DNA from: an uncultured Candidatus Rokubacteria bacterium
Lineage (GTDB): Bacteria; Methylomirabilota; Methylomirabilia; Rokubacteriales; CSP1-6
Direction of reading: 5' to 3'
Length of the DNA: 64,000 nucleotides
Assembly (NCBI GenBank): GCA_963758635.1
Contig: CAVWWD010000002.1
Coordinates: forward strand, 64,001-128,000
Positions within the stretch are counted from its first letter, which is position 1. Each line of letters begins with the position of its first letter. A program made the position numbers and the translations under genes. The notes below the pieces were generated by a model. It did no database searches. It was not told the DNA's origin and saw only the letters and a list, made by a program, of their open reading frames with translations. Of the stretch, positions 53,556 to 64,000 are shown piece after piece.

Positions 53556-54600
53556 TCAGCTCGGTTTGGTGAGCTTGTTGTAGACCTGCTCGACGTTGGC
53601 GTCGATCCGGTCGCGGTACCGCCCCAGCGGGTGCTTGGACATCGGACTCTCGTATTTGCCGGCCAGGTCCGACGCGATCTTCGTCTTCATGTCGGCGAGC
53701 GGCATCTTGTCCGCCGTCCCCTTCTTCACGGCGCCGACGAGGTCGGTGAGGTAGCCGCGGAAGTACGTCAGGTGGCTCTTCGGCTGCGGATCACCGTGGC
53801 CGACAACGACCTGGCTGACATCGAGCTTCTCGAGCGCGGCGACCGTCGCGATCCAGTCCTCGGGGTAGCCGTCGTTGAAGAAGGGCATCCAGTCGATGAC
53901 GGCGTCGCCGGTGACGAGCACCTTCTCCTTGGGCATGTAGATGAACAGGTCGCCGTCGGTGTGGGCGCGGCCCAGGATCATGAGCTGGAAGTCGCGGCCG
54001 CCCTCCTTGAGGGTCATGGTGCTCGACACGCCACGGCTCGCGAGCGGGGGCTTCATCGTCTTGAGCTCGGCGAGGTAGGCCTCGGCCTGGGCGAGGTTCC
54101 CCTCGAGCCGGGCCTTGGCGTCGGCGTTCGACGCCTTCTGGATGTCGGCCTTGATCTTCTCGATGTCGGCCGGCATCGCCGCGATCTGCTTCTCGATGAA
54201 CGCGATGCCGCCGTTCATCGCGTTGGGGTCGGCGAGGCGGGCGCGGGTGCGCTCGGACGCGATGACCTCGACGCCGGCGTTGCCCTGGGTATAGGCCTGG
54301 TGTGCCCTGGGTATGGTCCCAGTGGAAGTGCGTATAGATGATCTTCTTCACCGGCTTCTTGGTGACGCCCTGCACGTCCTTGTAGAGCGCCTGAGCGGCC
54401 GACGGCTTGGAGTGGGTGTCGACGATGACGAGGCCGTCGTTGGTCTCGATCACCGCCGCGTTGGAGTTGACCTTGTACCGCGGGCCCGCGACCGCGGCCC
54501 ACACCCCGTCGCCGACCTTCTTGAGCTCGAACGATTCGCTCCCGGCGGTCTGCGCGTGGGCGCTCGAGCCGCAGCAGAGCTCGTGGGGATCCAGCTGTAC
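53556..54600 (-). CDS. Metallo-beta-lactamase-fold hydrolase, frameshifted (~54300); start unclear
   Basis: YTHFHWDH, GRAHTDGD, VTGD and VVGHG motifs. Confidence 0.85.
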
Positions 54601-54825
54601 ACCCTGCCCGACTCCCCCGCCACCCCCCTCCGTCGGGCCTCGTCGCCCGTGCAACGGGTGAGCCGCAGCGCCCCGCGCCCCGAGGATGCGCCCTGGGCGC
54701 CCCTTCGCTCCCCGCGGGCGCCTCGCCCGCGGGACGTGCCGATCGTCCTCCCCGGATCGCGGCTCTGTCAAGAAACACCCAGGCGATCTTGTTGCCCGTC
54801 GCACGCAGGCGGTAGACTCGCGAGC

Positions 54826-56742
54826 GTGGTGCTCGGCTCCGACGATGGGCGTGCCGACGAGCAGCTCCCGCCGCTCCAGCAAGAGATCCGCGCGCGCTGC
54901 CGGCATCCGACGGGCGCGTGGGAACCCTTCGACTGGCAGGGCGGAGAGGTCTCCGTGCCCGCACGACTCGCCGCCGTCGCCGCCCGCCATCCCGATCGCG
55001 TCGCCGTCCTGGAGCCGGCGCGCTCGCTGACCTATTCGGAGCTCGAGACCCTGACCGCGCGGGTCGCAGGCGCCATCCTGACGGGGGGCGCGTCCGCCTC
55101 CGGCGCGGTGGCCATCTTTGCTGGCGTGGACGCGCATGCCGTCGTCGCGATGCTGGGCGTTGTCCGGACGGGGCGGCTCTACGTGGCGCCGGATCGCTCG
55201 TTGCCGTTGCCGGCGCAGCGGCGCGTTCTGGACGACGCCGGCGTCGAGCTGATCCTGTCCGACGCGCCCCATCTCGGCGCGGCGAAGGACCTGGCCGGCG
55301 GCCACCGGCGGGTGCTCGCCCTCGAAGACATCGAGGACACGGGCGTCGAGGCGATCGGCCAGGGCGTGGCCCCCGAGACACCGGCCACGGTCATCTACAC
55401 GTCCGGCACCACCGGGAGACCTCGCGGCGTGGTGCACACGCATCGCACCTTGCTCGGCGAGGCAGGGATCGCCGCGAATGCCCAGCACTTCAGCTCCGCG
55501 GACCGCGTCGCCTGCGTGTCGTCGGTGAGCTGGCTGGCCACCACCTGGTGGCTCCTCGGACCGCTCGCGGCCGGCTCGTGCGTGTGTCCCTTCGACGTGA
55601 CGGCGCACGGGATCGATCGGTTCGCGGCATGGATCCGGTCGGCGCGGATGACCATCCTCAACAACCGCACCGTCGTCCGCCAGCTCCTGCAGAGCGAAGG
55701 GGCCGGCACGTTCCCGGACGTGCGCGCCGTGAACATGGGCGGCGACACGATCTATCGCCGCGAGGTCGAGGCGTGCCGCCGCGCCTTTCCCAGCGCCACG
55801 GTGATCACCGGACTCGCCACCTCCGAGGCGGGGCGCGTGACCTATCTCTTCCTCGACCAAGCCAGCCCGCTACCGGACGCCGTCGTGCCCCTCGGGTATC
55901 CGGTGCCCGGCAAGCGTGTCCGGATCCTCGGCGAGGACGGTCGAGATGCCGAGCCGGGCGAGGCTGGCGAGATCGGCATCCAGAGCCGGCACCTCGCGGC
56001 GGGCTACTGGCGTCAGCCCGAGCTGACCGCCGCCCGTCTCGCGCTCACGGGCCCCGGCGGTGAGCGGCTCAGCCTCACCGGAGACATGGGACGTCGCCTG
56101 GCCGACGGGTGCATCGTGCATCTCGGCCGGACCGACTACCAGGTCAAGGTCCGCGGCTACCAGGTGCCCATCAACGCCGTCGAGGCCGCGCTCCTCGAGG
56201 TCGATGGGATACGCGAAGCCGTCGTCGTCGCCCTCGGCAGCGGCGCCGACGAGCGGCGCCTGGTCGCCTACGTGGCGCCGCGCCCGCCGGCGGCGCCCGG
56301 GCCGGAGGGGCTCCGGCAGGCCCTCTCCGGGTTGCCCGCCCACATGGTCCCGAAGATCTTCGTCTCTCTCGACACTCTGCCCCGCACCGCCTCCGGCAAG
56401 GTCGCGCGGGACGCCCTGCCGCCGCCGGCCCGGTCTCGGCCCGACCTCGAGACGCCCTACGCGCAGCCGCGCGACGAGCTGGAGCGATGGCTCGCGGACC
56501 TCTGGGCGTCGGTGCTCGATCTCGACGAAGTCGGCATCGACGATCGATTCCTCGACCTGGGCGGGGACTCCCTCGGCGCCATGCGCATCGCCTCGCTGGT
56601 GCTGGCCACGCTGCGCATGGACCTCTCGCCGGCCGAGGTCCTGGACGCGGCCACGGTGGCGGAGATGGCCTCCGCGGCGCGTGACCACCTCAGCAGACAA
56701 GACAGCGGCCGCGCCGATAGCGAGGTCAGCGAGCCAGGCTAG
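54826..56742 (+). CDS. Second stand-alone A-T didomain
   Basis: YTSGTTGRPRG, TGDMG, QVKVRGY, SGKVAR and PCP LGGDSL motifs; TAGACT 7 nt before the GTG. Confidence 0.92.
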   Translation: MVLGSDDGRADEQLPPLQQEIRARCRHPTGAWEPFDWQGGEVSVPARLAAVAARHPDRVAVLEPARSLTYSELETLTARVAGAILTGGASASGAVAIFAGVDAHAVVAMLGVVRTGRLYVAPDRSLPLPAQRRVLDDAGVELILSDAPHLGAAKDLAGGHRRVLALEDIEDTGVEAIGQGVAPETPATVIYTSGTTGRPRGVVHTHRTLLGEAGIAANAQHFSSADRVACVSSVSWLATTWWLLGPLAAGSCVCPFDVTAHGIDRFAAWIRSARMTILNNRTVVRQLLQSEGAGTFPDVRAVNMGGDTIYRREVEACRRAFPSATVITGLATSEAGRVTYLFLDQASPLPDAVVPLGYPVPGKRVRILGEDGRDAEPGEAGEIGIQSRHLAAGYWRQPELTAARLALTGPGGERLSLTGDMGRRLADGCIVHLGRTDYQVKVRGYQVPINAVEAALLEVDGIREAVVVALGSGADERRLVAYVAPRPPAAPGPEGLRQALSGLPAHMVPKIFVSLDTLPRTASGKVARDALPPPARSRPDLETPYAQPRDELERWLADLWASVLDLDEVGIDDRFLDLGGDSLGAMRIASLVLATLRMDLSPAEVLDAATVAEMASAARDHLSRQDSGRADSEVSEPG

Positions 56743-57153
56743 AACCGCTGTACGGGCCGGGGCCTATGGTTTACTCTATGCGCTGCTTCAGAGGACCGAG
56801 CCCACCGGCTTGACGCCCACACCAACGAAAATTTACGGCGCATCACAGCCTGTGCTAGCGCGACTGTGTGAATGGGCGCGATCCCGAGCGTTGGGATCGC
56901 TCGGGCTTTGCTTCGTGCTGCTGCTCGCGGGCCCCGGTCAGCTCGCCGCGCAGGACAGTACCTCGCGACTCATGCCCGCGTCCGCCGCCGATGATCGGCT
57001 GGCGCCGAGCGAGACCGCGTCATCGATCCGACCGCATCCGGTCTATCGCCTGTTGCCGGACGAGCCGGCGATCACGACCCCTGGATCGCCTCCGCACAGC
57101 TCGGAACGGAGCCGCCGCTGACGCTCGGGCTGGATCCCCAGCGGCCAGGCAGG

Positions 57154-58125
57154 ATGCCGTTCGGGCCCGCCGACGGCCTGTCCGTGTGGCCCACCGAACC
57201 GGCTCCCTGGCGCGCCGCCTGCCCGACGGACCAGCCGCTGTCGGACAATTCGAGCGCGTGCGACCGGCGCATGGCGTCCGCGGCTCTCACCATGGACGCC
57301 TCTGCACAGCTCGAGGAGGCGGAGCCCGAGCTCCCGCGATGGGAATTCCTGGAGCGGCACCGACGACTGCTCTCGATACTCCTTCCGATCACGACGGTGG
57401 CGCTTGTGTCGGTGGACGCGCTCCTTCCGTATGAAAAGCGCAGTTTCTGGGTCGACTACGAGGGCTGGTTCGGTAAGAACACGGACAACGGCGGCGCCGA
57501 CAAGGCCTCCCACCTCGCCGACTACTTCATCATCGCCGGCCTGTACGAGGACATCTACAGGATGATGGGGTATTCGGAGAAGGAGGCGATCCTGTGGGGC
57601 TTCGGCGTGGCGGTCGCCGTGGGGCTCGCGACCGAGGTGAACAACGGGTTCTCGAAGGAATACGGCTTCTCCTGGGAAGATCTGACGATGGACGTGGCCG
57701 GCGCCACCGTTTCGAGCGTGCTCTCGCTGACGCGCACCCGGGACCTCTTCGGACTGCGAACGTCCCACCTCCCCTACGATACCTACAGTCACGACGTGTA
57801 CTCGGCCGATTTCAAGCTCTCGGGGCTCGGCAAGCGTCTGGGAATCAACCTCGGGCCTCTGCGCTGGCTGCTGTTCTCGGTCACCTACGGCGTCAAGGGT
57901 TACCGGGACTCACCGCCGATCACGCAGCAACGCCAGCTCGGCTTCGAGATCGGCCTCAACGTCCAGCAGATCCTGAACGACCTCGGAGTGAGAAAGAGCA
58001 CCTGGTGGGGCTACGCGCTTCATCTCATCGGCGACAATATCCGGTTCCCGTTCACCGCGGTCGGGATGCGCGTGGACCTGAACAGCGGCAAGTGGCACGG
58101 GCCGAATAGCGGCAACTACGACTAA
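57154..58125 (+). CDS. DUF2279/YfiM-like outer-membrane-associated protein; true start probably ~56860 with a frameshift
   Basis: WFG...GGADKASH and E..NGFS..YGFSWEDLTMD.AG motifs; signal peptide (FVLLLAGPGQLAAQ) upstream in another frame. Confidence 0.75.
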   Translation: MPFGPADGLSVWPTEPAPWRAACPTDQPLSDNSSACDRRMASAALTMDASAQLEEAEPELPRWEFLERHRRLLSILLPITTVALVSVDALLPYEKRSFWVDYEGWFGKNTDNGGADKASHLADYFIIAGLYEDIYRMMGYSEKEAILWGFGVAVAVGLATEVNNGFSKEYGFSWEDLTMDVAGATVSSVLSLTRTRDLFGLRTSHLPYDTYSHDVYSADFKLSGLGKRLGINLGPLRWLLFSVTYGVKGYRDSPPITQQRQLGFEIGLNVQQILNDLGVRKSTWWGYALHLIGDNIRFPFTAVGMRVDLNSGKWHGPNSGNYD

Positions 58126-58213
58126 GCGTACTGCACCGATCGCCGGGCCGGGCAACGCCGCTCGGCCCGCGGCGCGTGAGCCCCCAGCGAACCGCCCGGA
58201 GAAGAGCGAGGTC

Positions 58214-59743
58214 ATGAGGAAAGCGTCCCCGATCCTTCTGCTGGTCGTCCTGCTCGCCGCGGCCATCCCGGCCGCAACCACGTGGCGGCCAGAGCCCGTG
58301 CGCGCCGCCGGCAACACGCTGACGGTGGCGTTCAGCACGGACATCGTCACGCTGGATCCCCACCAGAACACCGACCTCAACACCATGCAGGTGCTGCTGC
58401 AGATCTACGAGCACCTGGTCGCCCTCGGCCGCGACGGGAAGTTCCACGGGGTGCTCGCGGAGTCGTGGGAGGTGGTGGACGATCGCACGTGGAGGTTCAA
58501 GCTCCGCCGCGGCGTCCGGTTCCACAATGGCGAGGAGCTGACCGCCGACGCCGTCAAGTTCACGCTCGACCGCCTCGCGGACACCAAGGAGCAGATGCGG
58601 GCGGGCCCGAGCTTCCGGCAGAACCTCGCCGAGGTCGTGGTCCAGGACCCGCTCACCGTGCTGATCAAGACCAAGGCGCCGTATCCCGACCTGCCCGCGC
58701 TGCTGCACCTGAGCGGCGGCATCATCCCGCCGAAGTACTTCCAGTCGGTCGGCAAGGAGCGGTTCGCACGCGAGCCGAACGGCACCGGCCCGTATCGCTT
58801 CGGCTCCTGGAAGCGCAACGTCCAGGTGACGCTCCAGGCGAACGACCGGTACTGGGGCGGCAAGCCCGCCTTCGCCGAGTTCGTGTACCGGCCGCTCCCC
58901 GAGGCCACCGCGCGGGTGGCCGCGCTCGTCAAGGGAGAGGTGGATCTGGCCGCGGACATCCCCGCCGAGCGCGTGAAGGAGCTCGAGTCCGGGCGCAACA
59001 CCCGCGTCGTGAGCCGGACGGGCCAGCAGATCTACATCGGGCTGGACACGCTCAAGGTGGAGCCCCTCAAGGACCGGCGCGTACGCCAGGCTCTGAACCA
59101 CGCCGTCGACGTGGACGCCATCGTGCGCGACGTGCTGGGCGGCCAGGCCGTCCGCCTCAGCGGCCCGTTCTTCCCCGGGATGATCGGCTACGATTCGACG
59201 ATCAAGCCATTCGCGTACGACCCGGACCGCGCGAAGCGCCTCCTGGCCGAGGCGGGCTACGCGAGCGGCTTCAGCGCGACCCTGGACGTGCCCGTCGGCT
59301 ACCAGGGCGCGATGAAGCTCAAGGACGTGGGCGAGACGGTGGCGAGCTATCTCGGCAAGGTCGGGGTCAACGTGAAGCTGAACTTGATCGAGCCGGCCGC
59401 GGCCACCGAGCGCTACCAGGCCAAGCAGTTCCAGATGTACTTCTACGCGTGGGGCGGCGACCTCGTCTCCGGACGCATCCTCGAGATCCTCCTGCACTCG
59501 AAGCTGCGCGGCTACTACTACCAGAGCCCGGAGGCCGACGCGGCGATCGCCGCCTACCAGTCGGCGATGAACCCGCGGCGGCGCGAGGAGCTCGGCCGCG
59601 CCGCGCACCGGTTCCTCCACGACGACGCGCCGTTCATCTTCCTCTACCAGGAGAAGGCCACCCTCGGGCTCGCGAAGAGCCTCGGGTGGGATCCGGTGCT
59701 CTCCGACCAGCGGCTGCGTTCCATGGAGTTCAGGTCCCAGTAA
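58214..59743 (+). CDS. ABC peptide/nickel-type substrate-binding protein (family 5)
   Basis: TLDPH, LAESW, FHNG, GTGPY and VRQALNHAVD motifs; signal peptide. Confidence 0.95.
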   Translation: MRKASPILLLVVLLAAAIPAATTWRPEPVRAAGNTLTVAFSTDIVTLDPHQNTDLNTMQVLLQIYEHLVALGRDGKFHGVLAESWEVVDDRTWRFKLRRGVRFHNGEELTADAVKFTLDRLADTKEQMRAGPSFRQNLAEVVVQDPLTVLIKTKAPYPDLPALLHLSGGIIPPKYFQSVGKERFAREPNGTGPYRFGSWKRNVQVTLQANDRYWGGKPAFAEFVYRPLPEATARVAALVKGEVDLAADIPAERVKELESGRNTRVVSRTGQQIYIGLDTLKVEPLKDRRVRQALNHAVDVDAIVRDVLGGQAVRLSGPFFPGMIGYDSTIKPFAYDPDRAKRLLAEAGYASGFSATLDVPVGYQGAMKLKDVGETVASYLGKVGVNVKLNLIEPAAATERYQAKQFQMYFYAWGGDLVSGRILEILLHSKLRGYYYQSPEADAAIAAYQSAMNPRRREELGRAAHRFLHDDAPFIFLYQEKATLGLAKSLGWDPVLSDQRLRSMEFRSQ

Positions 59744-59766
59744 GCCCAGCGCCGGTCGATCGCAGG

Positions 59767-60690
59767 ATGGTGCCCTGGTGGTACATCGGACGGCGCGTGG
59801 CGCAGACCGCGCTGGTCCTGGTCGGCATCACGCTGGTCGTCTTCTGGGTCGTCCGGCTGAGCGGCGACCCCGTGCTCCTGATGCTGCCCGCCGACGCGAG
59901 CCAGCAGGACATCCAGCGGCTGCGCGAGACGCTCGGCTTCGACCAGCCCCTGCACGTGCAGCTCTGGCGCTTCGTGGAGCGCGTGGCGCGGGGCGATTTC
60001 GGGACCTCTCTCCGGTTCCAGGAGCCGGCCCTCCCCCTGGTCCTGGAGCGCCTGCCGAGCACGGCCCTGCTCGCGCTGACCGCGCTGTCGATCTCCACGC
60101 TGGTGGCCATTCCCCTCGGGGCCGTCAGCGCCGCGCGTCGCGGCTCGGCGTGGGATCACGTCGCCATGTTCGCCGCCCTGCTCGGCCAGTCGATGCCGAT
60201 CTTCTGGACGGGCATCATGCTGATCACGATCTTCTCGGTCGCCCTCGACGTGTTCCCCAGCTCGGGCACCGGGACCCTGGCGCACCTGGTCCTCCCCGCC
60301 GCCACCCTCGGCTTCTTCTCCACCGGACGCGTCACGCGGCTCGTGCGCGCCGGGATGCTGGAGGTCCTCGCCCAGGACTACGTGCGGACGGCGCGCGCCA
60401 AGGGGCTCGCCGAGCGGCGCGTGATGTACCGTCACGCGCTCCGCAACTCGTTGCTGCCGGTGATCACGATCATCGGCCTCGAGCTCGGCTCGACGCTCGG
60501 CGGCGCCGTCGTCACCGAGATGGTCTTCGCCTGGCCGGGGGTCGGCCGCCTGATCGTGTCCGCGATCTTCGCGCGCGACTACCCATTGGTGCAGGCGGCG
60601 GTGTTCGTCGTCGCCACGATGTTCGTGCTGGTGAACCTCGTCGTCGACCTCCTGTATGCGATCGTCGACCCCCGTGTGCGCTATGCCTGA
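59767..60690 (+). CDS. ABC peptide permease (DppB-like)
   Basis: GDFGTS, DYVRTARAKGL, HALRNS and RDYPLVQ motifs. Confidence 0.95.
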   Translation: MVPWWYIGRRVAQTALVLVGITLVVFWVVRLSGDPVLLMLPADASQQDIQRLRETLGFDQPLHVQLWRFVERVARGDFGTSLRFQEPALPLVLERLPSTALLALTALSISTLVAIPLGAVSAARRGSAWDHVAMFAALLGQSMPIFWTGIMLITIFSVALDVFPSSGTGTLAHLVLPAATLGFFSTGRVTRLVRAGMLEVLAQDYVRTARAKGLAERRVMYRHALRNSLLPVITIIGLELGSTLGGAVVTEMVFAWPGVGRLIVSAIFARDYPLVQAAVFVVATMFVLVNLVVDLLYAIVDPRVRYA

Positions 60691-61576
60691 GCGGCGCGAT
60701 GGCGCCGCGTCGCCGGGCGCCGCGCGGGCGACCGGGCTGCGCGGGTCGTTTCGCCGGAACCGCCTGGGCGTGATCGGCGCGGGTGTCCTCCTCGCCGAGG
60801 TGGCGGCCGCGCTGCTGGCTCCGGCCCTCGCGCCCCATCGACCCCTGGACCAGGACACGACGCGGCGCCTCCGGCCCCCGCTCACCGCCTCGGCGGGAGG
60901 CGGGCGCTTCCTGCTCGGCACCGACCAGCTCGGCCGCGACGTCCTGAGCCGCATCCTGTTCGGCGCGCGCGTCTCGCTCCTGATCGGCGTCTGCGCGGTG
61001 GCCATCGCGGCGCCGCTCGGCGTCGCCGTCGGCGTGGTGGCGAGCTACCACGGCCGGCTCCTCGACGACGCGGTGATGCGCGTCGCCGACATCCAGCTCG
61101 CGTTCCCGTTCATCCTGCTCGCGGTCACGATGGTCGCGGTGCTCGGACCGAGCGTGGCGAACCTGATCGTCGTCCTGGGCGTCGCGGGCTGGGTGCCGTA
61201 CGCCCGGCTCGCGCGGAGCGAGGTGCTCGCGCTCAAGCGGCGGGAGTTCGTCGAGGCGGCGCGCGCGCTCGGAGCCGGCGACCCCCGGATCATGGCCCGC
61301 CACATCCTGCCCAACGTGGTGACGCCGGTCATCGTGGTGGGCACCTTCGCGCTCGCCAACACGATCCTGGTCGAGTCGTCCCTGAGCTTTCTCGGTCTGG
61401 GCGTCCAGCCGCCCCACCCGACCTGGGGCGGCATGCTCAGCGACAGCCGCGAGTACGTGACGCAGGCGTGGTGGCTCTGGGTCTTCCCCGGAGGCGCGAT
61501 CCTGGCGACGGTGCTCGCGACCAACTTCGTGGGCGACTGGCTCCGGGACGCGCTCGACCCGCGCGCGACGTGGTGA
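60683..61576 (+). CDS. ABC peptide permease (DppC-like)
   Basis: LGTDQLGRD, EFVEAARALGA, HILPN, LSFLGLG and GDWLRDALDP motifs. Confidence 0.95.
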   Translation: MPERRDGAASPGAARATGLRGSFRRNRLGVIGAGVLLAEVAAALLAPALAPHRPLDQDTTRRLRPPLTASAGGGRFLLGTDQLGRDVLSRILFGARVSLLIGVCAVAIAAPLGVAVGVVASYHGRLLDDAVMRVADIQLAFPFILLAVTMVAVLGPSVANLIVVLGVAGWVPYARLARSEVLALKRREFVEAARALGAGDPRIMARHILPNVVTPVIVVGTFALANTILVESSLSFLGLGVQPPHPTWGGMLSDSREYVTQAWWLWVFPGGAILATVLATNFVGDWLRDALDPRATW

Positions 61577-61661
61577 GCGGCCTGGCCCGCACGGGCGCTC
61601 GCGCGATGACGTGGGCGCACATGACCACGCGTGCGCACACGACGACACACGAGGAGAGGCA

Positions 61662-62606
61662 ATGACCGACACACCGCGATGGGCGTGGCTCGACGGCGAG
61701 TTCGTCCCCTGGAGCGAGGCGAAGCTCCACGTTCGCACCGAGTGCGTGATGCGCGGCGCCAACGTGTTCGAGGGCGTTCGCGGCTACTGGGACGACAGCG
61801 CGGCCGAGCTGCGGGTCCTGCAGCTCGACGAGCACCTGGATCGGCTGCATCGCTCGATGAAGGTCCTGCGGCTCGCGGTGCCCTACAGCCGCCGGGACCT
61901 CCGCGCGATCTCGCTCGAGCTCCTCCGTCGGAACGAGTTCCGCGAGGACGTGCACCTGCGCCCCACCGTCTACTTCGGCGAGGGTGACGGCTTCGCCCAC
62001 ACGCCAGAGACGATCCACATGGGCGCGTTCATCACCGCCACCGCCCAGCGGGCCCGGCGCAACACCACGGGCATCGCCTGCGCGGTCAGCTCGTGGCAGC
62101 GCATCTCGGACCGCGACGTGCCGCCCCGGGTGAAGGCCGCCGGCAACTACATCAACGCGCGCCTCGCCATCGTGCAGGCGCGCGTGGACGGCTACGACAA
62201 CGCGATCCTCCTGAACGCCGAGGGTAAGGTGACGGAGGCGCCGGCGGCGTGCCTGTTCCTGATCCGCGACGGCGTGGCGGTCACCCCGACGGTGACCAGC
62301 GGCATCCTCGACAGCCTCACCCGCTCCTCGCTGCTCCGCCTCTTCCGCGACGAGCTCGGCGTGGCGGTGGAGGAGCGCGAGGTCGATCGCACCGAGCTCT
62401 ACCACGCCGACGAGGTCTTCCTCTGCGGCACCCACACCGAGGTGCTGCCCGTCGTCTCCGTCGACCGCTATCCGGTGGGGTCGGGCGCGGTCGGCCCGCT
62501 CACCGCCACGCTTCGCGATCTCTTCTTCGACATCGTCCGCGGCCGCGTGCCGAAGTACGGCGCCTGGCTGACCCCGGTGTACGGCCGCATGCCCGCGTCG
62601 ACGTAG
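61662..62606 (+). CDS. ilvE: Branched-chain amino acid aminotransferase (PLP fold IV)
   Basis: VFEGVRGY, KAAGNY, ILDSLTR and ADEVFLCGT motifs. Confidence 0.88.
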   Translation: MTDTPRWAWLDGEFVPWSEAKLHVRTECVMRGANVFEGVRGYWDDSAAELRVLQLDEHLDRLHRSMKVLRLAVPYSRRDLRAISLELLRRNEFREDVHLRPTVYFGEGDGFAHTPETIHMGAFITATAQRARRNTTGIACAVSSWQRISDRDVPPRVKAAGNYINARLAIVQARVDGYDNAILLNAEGKVTEAPAACLFLIRDGVAVTPTVTSGILDSLTRSSLLRLFRDELGVAVEEREVDRTELYHADEVFLCGTHTEVLPVVSVDRYPVGSGAVGPLTATLRDLFFDIVRGRVPKYGAWLTPVYGRMPAST

Positions 62607-62692
62607 GACGGCGCGCGCCCCGTGGCGCCCGGTAGCGCGCCCTGCGGAGTAAGATGGTGCGGTCGCCATCAACGCTATCCGGAGGGCCCGCC

Positions 62693-63133
62693 ATGGACAA
62701 GTCCGGGTTCCAGCAGTCGCTGCTCGTCAAGCACCTCGAGGACACGAAGTTCGAGGCGATGGAGGCGAACAACGGCGCGCCGCGGCCGCAGTTCGTCTAC
62801 CGGCGGCTCGGCGTCGAGGAGGCCACCGGCGGCGCGTACGACGCGCACGTGATCAAGGGGGTGCCGGGCTCGAAGCCGCCCATCGCCGAGCACAAGCACA
62901 CCGAGCTCGACTTCCTCTTCGTCTATGTCCTCAAGGGCTGGATGAGCTTCCACTACCACGGCCACGGCGAGCACACGCTGAAGGCCGGCGACTGCCACAT
63001 CATCCCGCCGGGCCTGTCGCACACGGTCACCGGCTGGTCGGAGGACGTCGAGATCCTCGAGATCACCGCGCCTGGGCACTACAAGACGACCGACACGGTG
63101 AACGGCGTGGAGGTCGCGCCGGCAACCGCCTGA
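62693..63133 (+). CDS. Cupin domain protein
   Basis: HKH...VYVLKGW...GD..IPPGLSH motif. Confidence 0.88.
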   Translation: MDKSGFQQSLLVKHLEDTKFEAMEANNGAPRPQFVYRRLGVEEATGGAYDAHVIKGVPGSKPPIAEHKHTELDFLFVYVLKGWMSFHYHGHGEHTLKAGDCHIIPPGLSHTVTGWSEDVEILEITAPGHYKTTDTVNGVEVAPATA

Positions 63134-63224
63134 GGCGCCTCCATCAAGAGGCGCTCGACCACCGCGCGATCGCGGCTGACCTTCGCGGACGGAGAGTCTT
63201 CGCCGGCTCTGGTAGCATCAGTTG

Positions 63225-64000
63225 GTGAGACGTCTCCTTCATCCGTTCGTGCTCGTCGTGAGCGCGATCCTCGTGGTCGGCTACGCGTACATCGCCACGC
63301 GATTGGCGTCGACTGCGCCGGTCCGGGTGGCGCTGGCGGCGCCGTTCATCATGGTGTGGATCCTTCCCGTCGTCTACTGGTTCGGCGGTCGCGACCGCCA
63401 GGGCCGGGGGCACGAGTGGGTGCAGGCGCTGTGCTTCCTCTGCATGGGATGGCTCAGCTTTCTCCTCGTGCTGACGGTGGGACGCGACGTGCTCCTGCTG
63501 GCAACAGCCGCGCTGCCGTCGCTGGCCGCTGTGCACACGCTCCTCGATGAGTCGGGCGCGACGTGGGTGCCGGTGGCCGCGCTGGCCGCGGTCGGCATCG
63601 GCGCGCTGCCCGCGCTGCGGGGTCCCTACGTCCGTCGCGTCGATATTCCCGTGCATGGGCTGGCATCGGATCTCGACGGGTTCCGGATCGTGCAGATCAG
63701 CGATCTGCACGCCGGGCCGACGATGCGGCTCGCATACGTCCAGCGGGTCGTCGACATGACGAGGGAGCTCGCGCCGGATCTCATCGCGCTGACCGGCGAC
63801 ATCGTGGACGGGTCGGTGTCGCGGCTTGCCGCCCACGTCGCGCCGCTCGAGGCGCTGGCGTCCGAGGACCGGGCGTTCCTCGTGCTCGGCAACCACGACT
63901 ACTACTCGGGGGCGGCGCCATGGACGGCGCACTTCGAGGCGATGGGATTTCGCGTGCTCGAGAACGCCCACGTGACGATCGCGCGTGGCTCTGCGCGCCT
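63225..64000 (+). CDS. Membrane-anchored metallophosphoesterase (YkuE-like); runs off the right edge
   Basis: Translated by hand: TM segments, then IVQISDLH, LTGDIVDG and LGNHDY; TAGCAT just upstream of the GTG. Confidence 0.92.
   Translation, partial: MRRLLHPFVLVVSAILVVGYAYIATRLASTAPVRVALAAPFIMVWILPVVYWFGGRDRQGRGHEWVQALCFLCMGWLSFLLVLTVGRDVLLLATAALPSLAAVHTLLDESGATWVPVAALAAVGIGALPALRGPYVRRVDIPVHGLASDLDGFRIVQISDLHAGPTMRLAYVQRVVDMTRELAPDLIALTGDIVDGSVSRLAAHVAPLEALASEDRAFLVLGNHDYYSGAAPWTAHFEAMGFRVLENAHVTIARGSAR

Noticed and set aside
54600..54760. GC-rich hairpin-like intergenic stretch as an ncRNA or REP
   Set aside because: No second copy noticed in the window and no recognisable RNA family features.

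Overview
This is a very GC-rich 64 kb bacterial chromosome segment. Gene style suggests a soil Candidatus Rokubacteria/Methylomirabilota-like genome (inference only). Many genes carry single-base frameshifts, at least two of them in homopolymers, which points to long-read indel errors. There are also several real gene remnants. Main content: an RND efflux pair; class I aldolase plus PPi-type phosphofructokinase; a CoA-transferase/PLP-lyase/SulP/mandelate-racemase operon; a ~14 kb general-stress-like island (MlaC, AI-2E, FtsH, OmpA, Ppk1/Ppx, desaturase, GlsB/YeaQ, ChaA and many small proteins); two stand-alone adenylation-carrier didomains; pobA; a SARP/BTAD-ATPase-hydrolase regulator; an amidase; a large RelE-like/SF1-helicase/TPR/HTH protein; a decayed adenylate-cyclase STAND gene; lactonase and amidohydrolase genes; a peptide ABC transporter, ilvE, a cupin and a metallophosphoesterase. 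I saw no rRNA, tRNA, CRISPR array or intact transposase. Two signals stand out. (1) A 14-bp palindrome TGGACCWWGGTCCA occurs nine times in the stress island. Eight copies lie 24-25 nt upstream of a TAGNNT -10 box facing the adjacent gene, which defines an apparently uncharacterised activator regulon. (2) A ~1290-aa bacterial TRANK1-like RelE-helicase-TPR protein is a candidate single-gene defence system.
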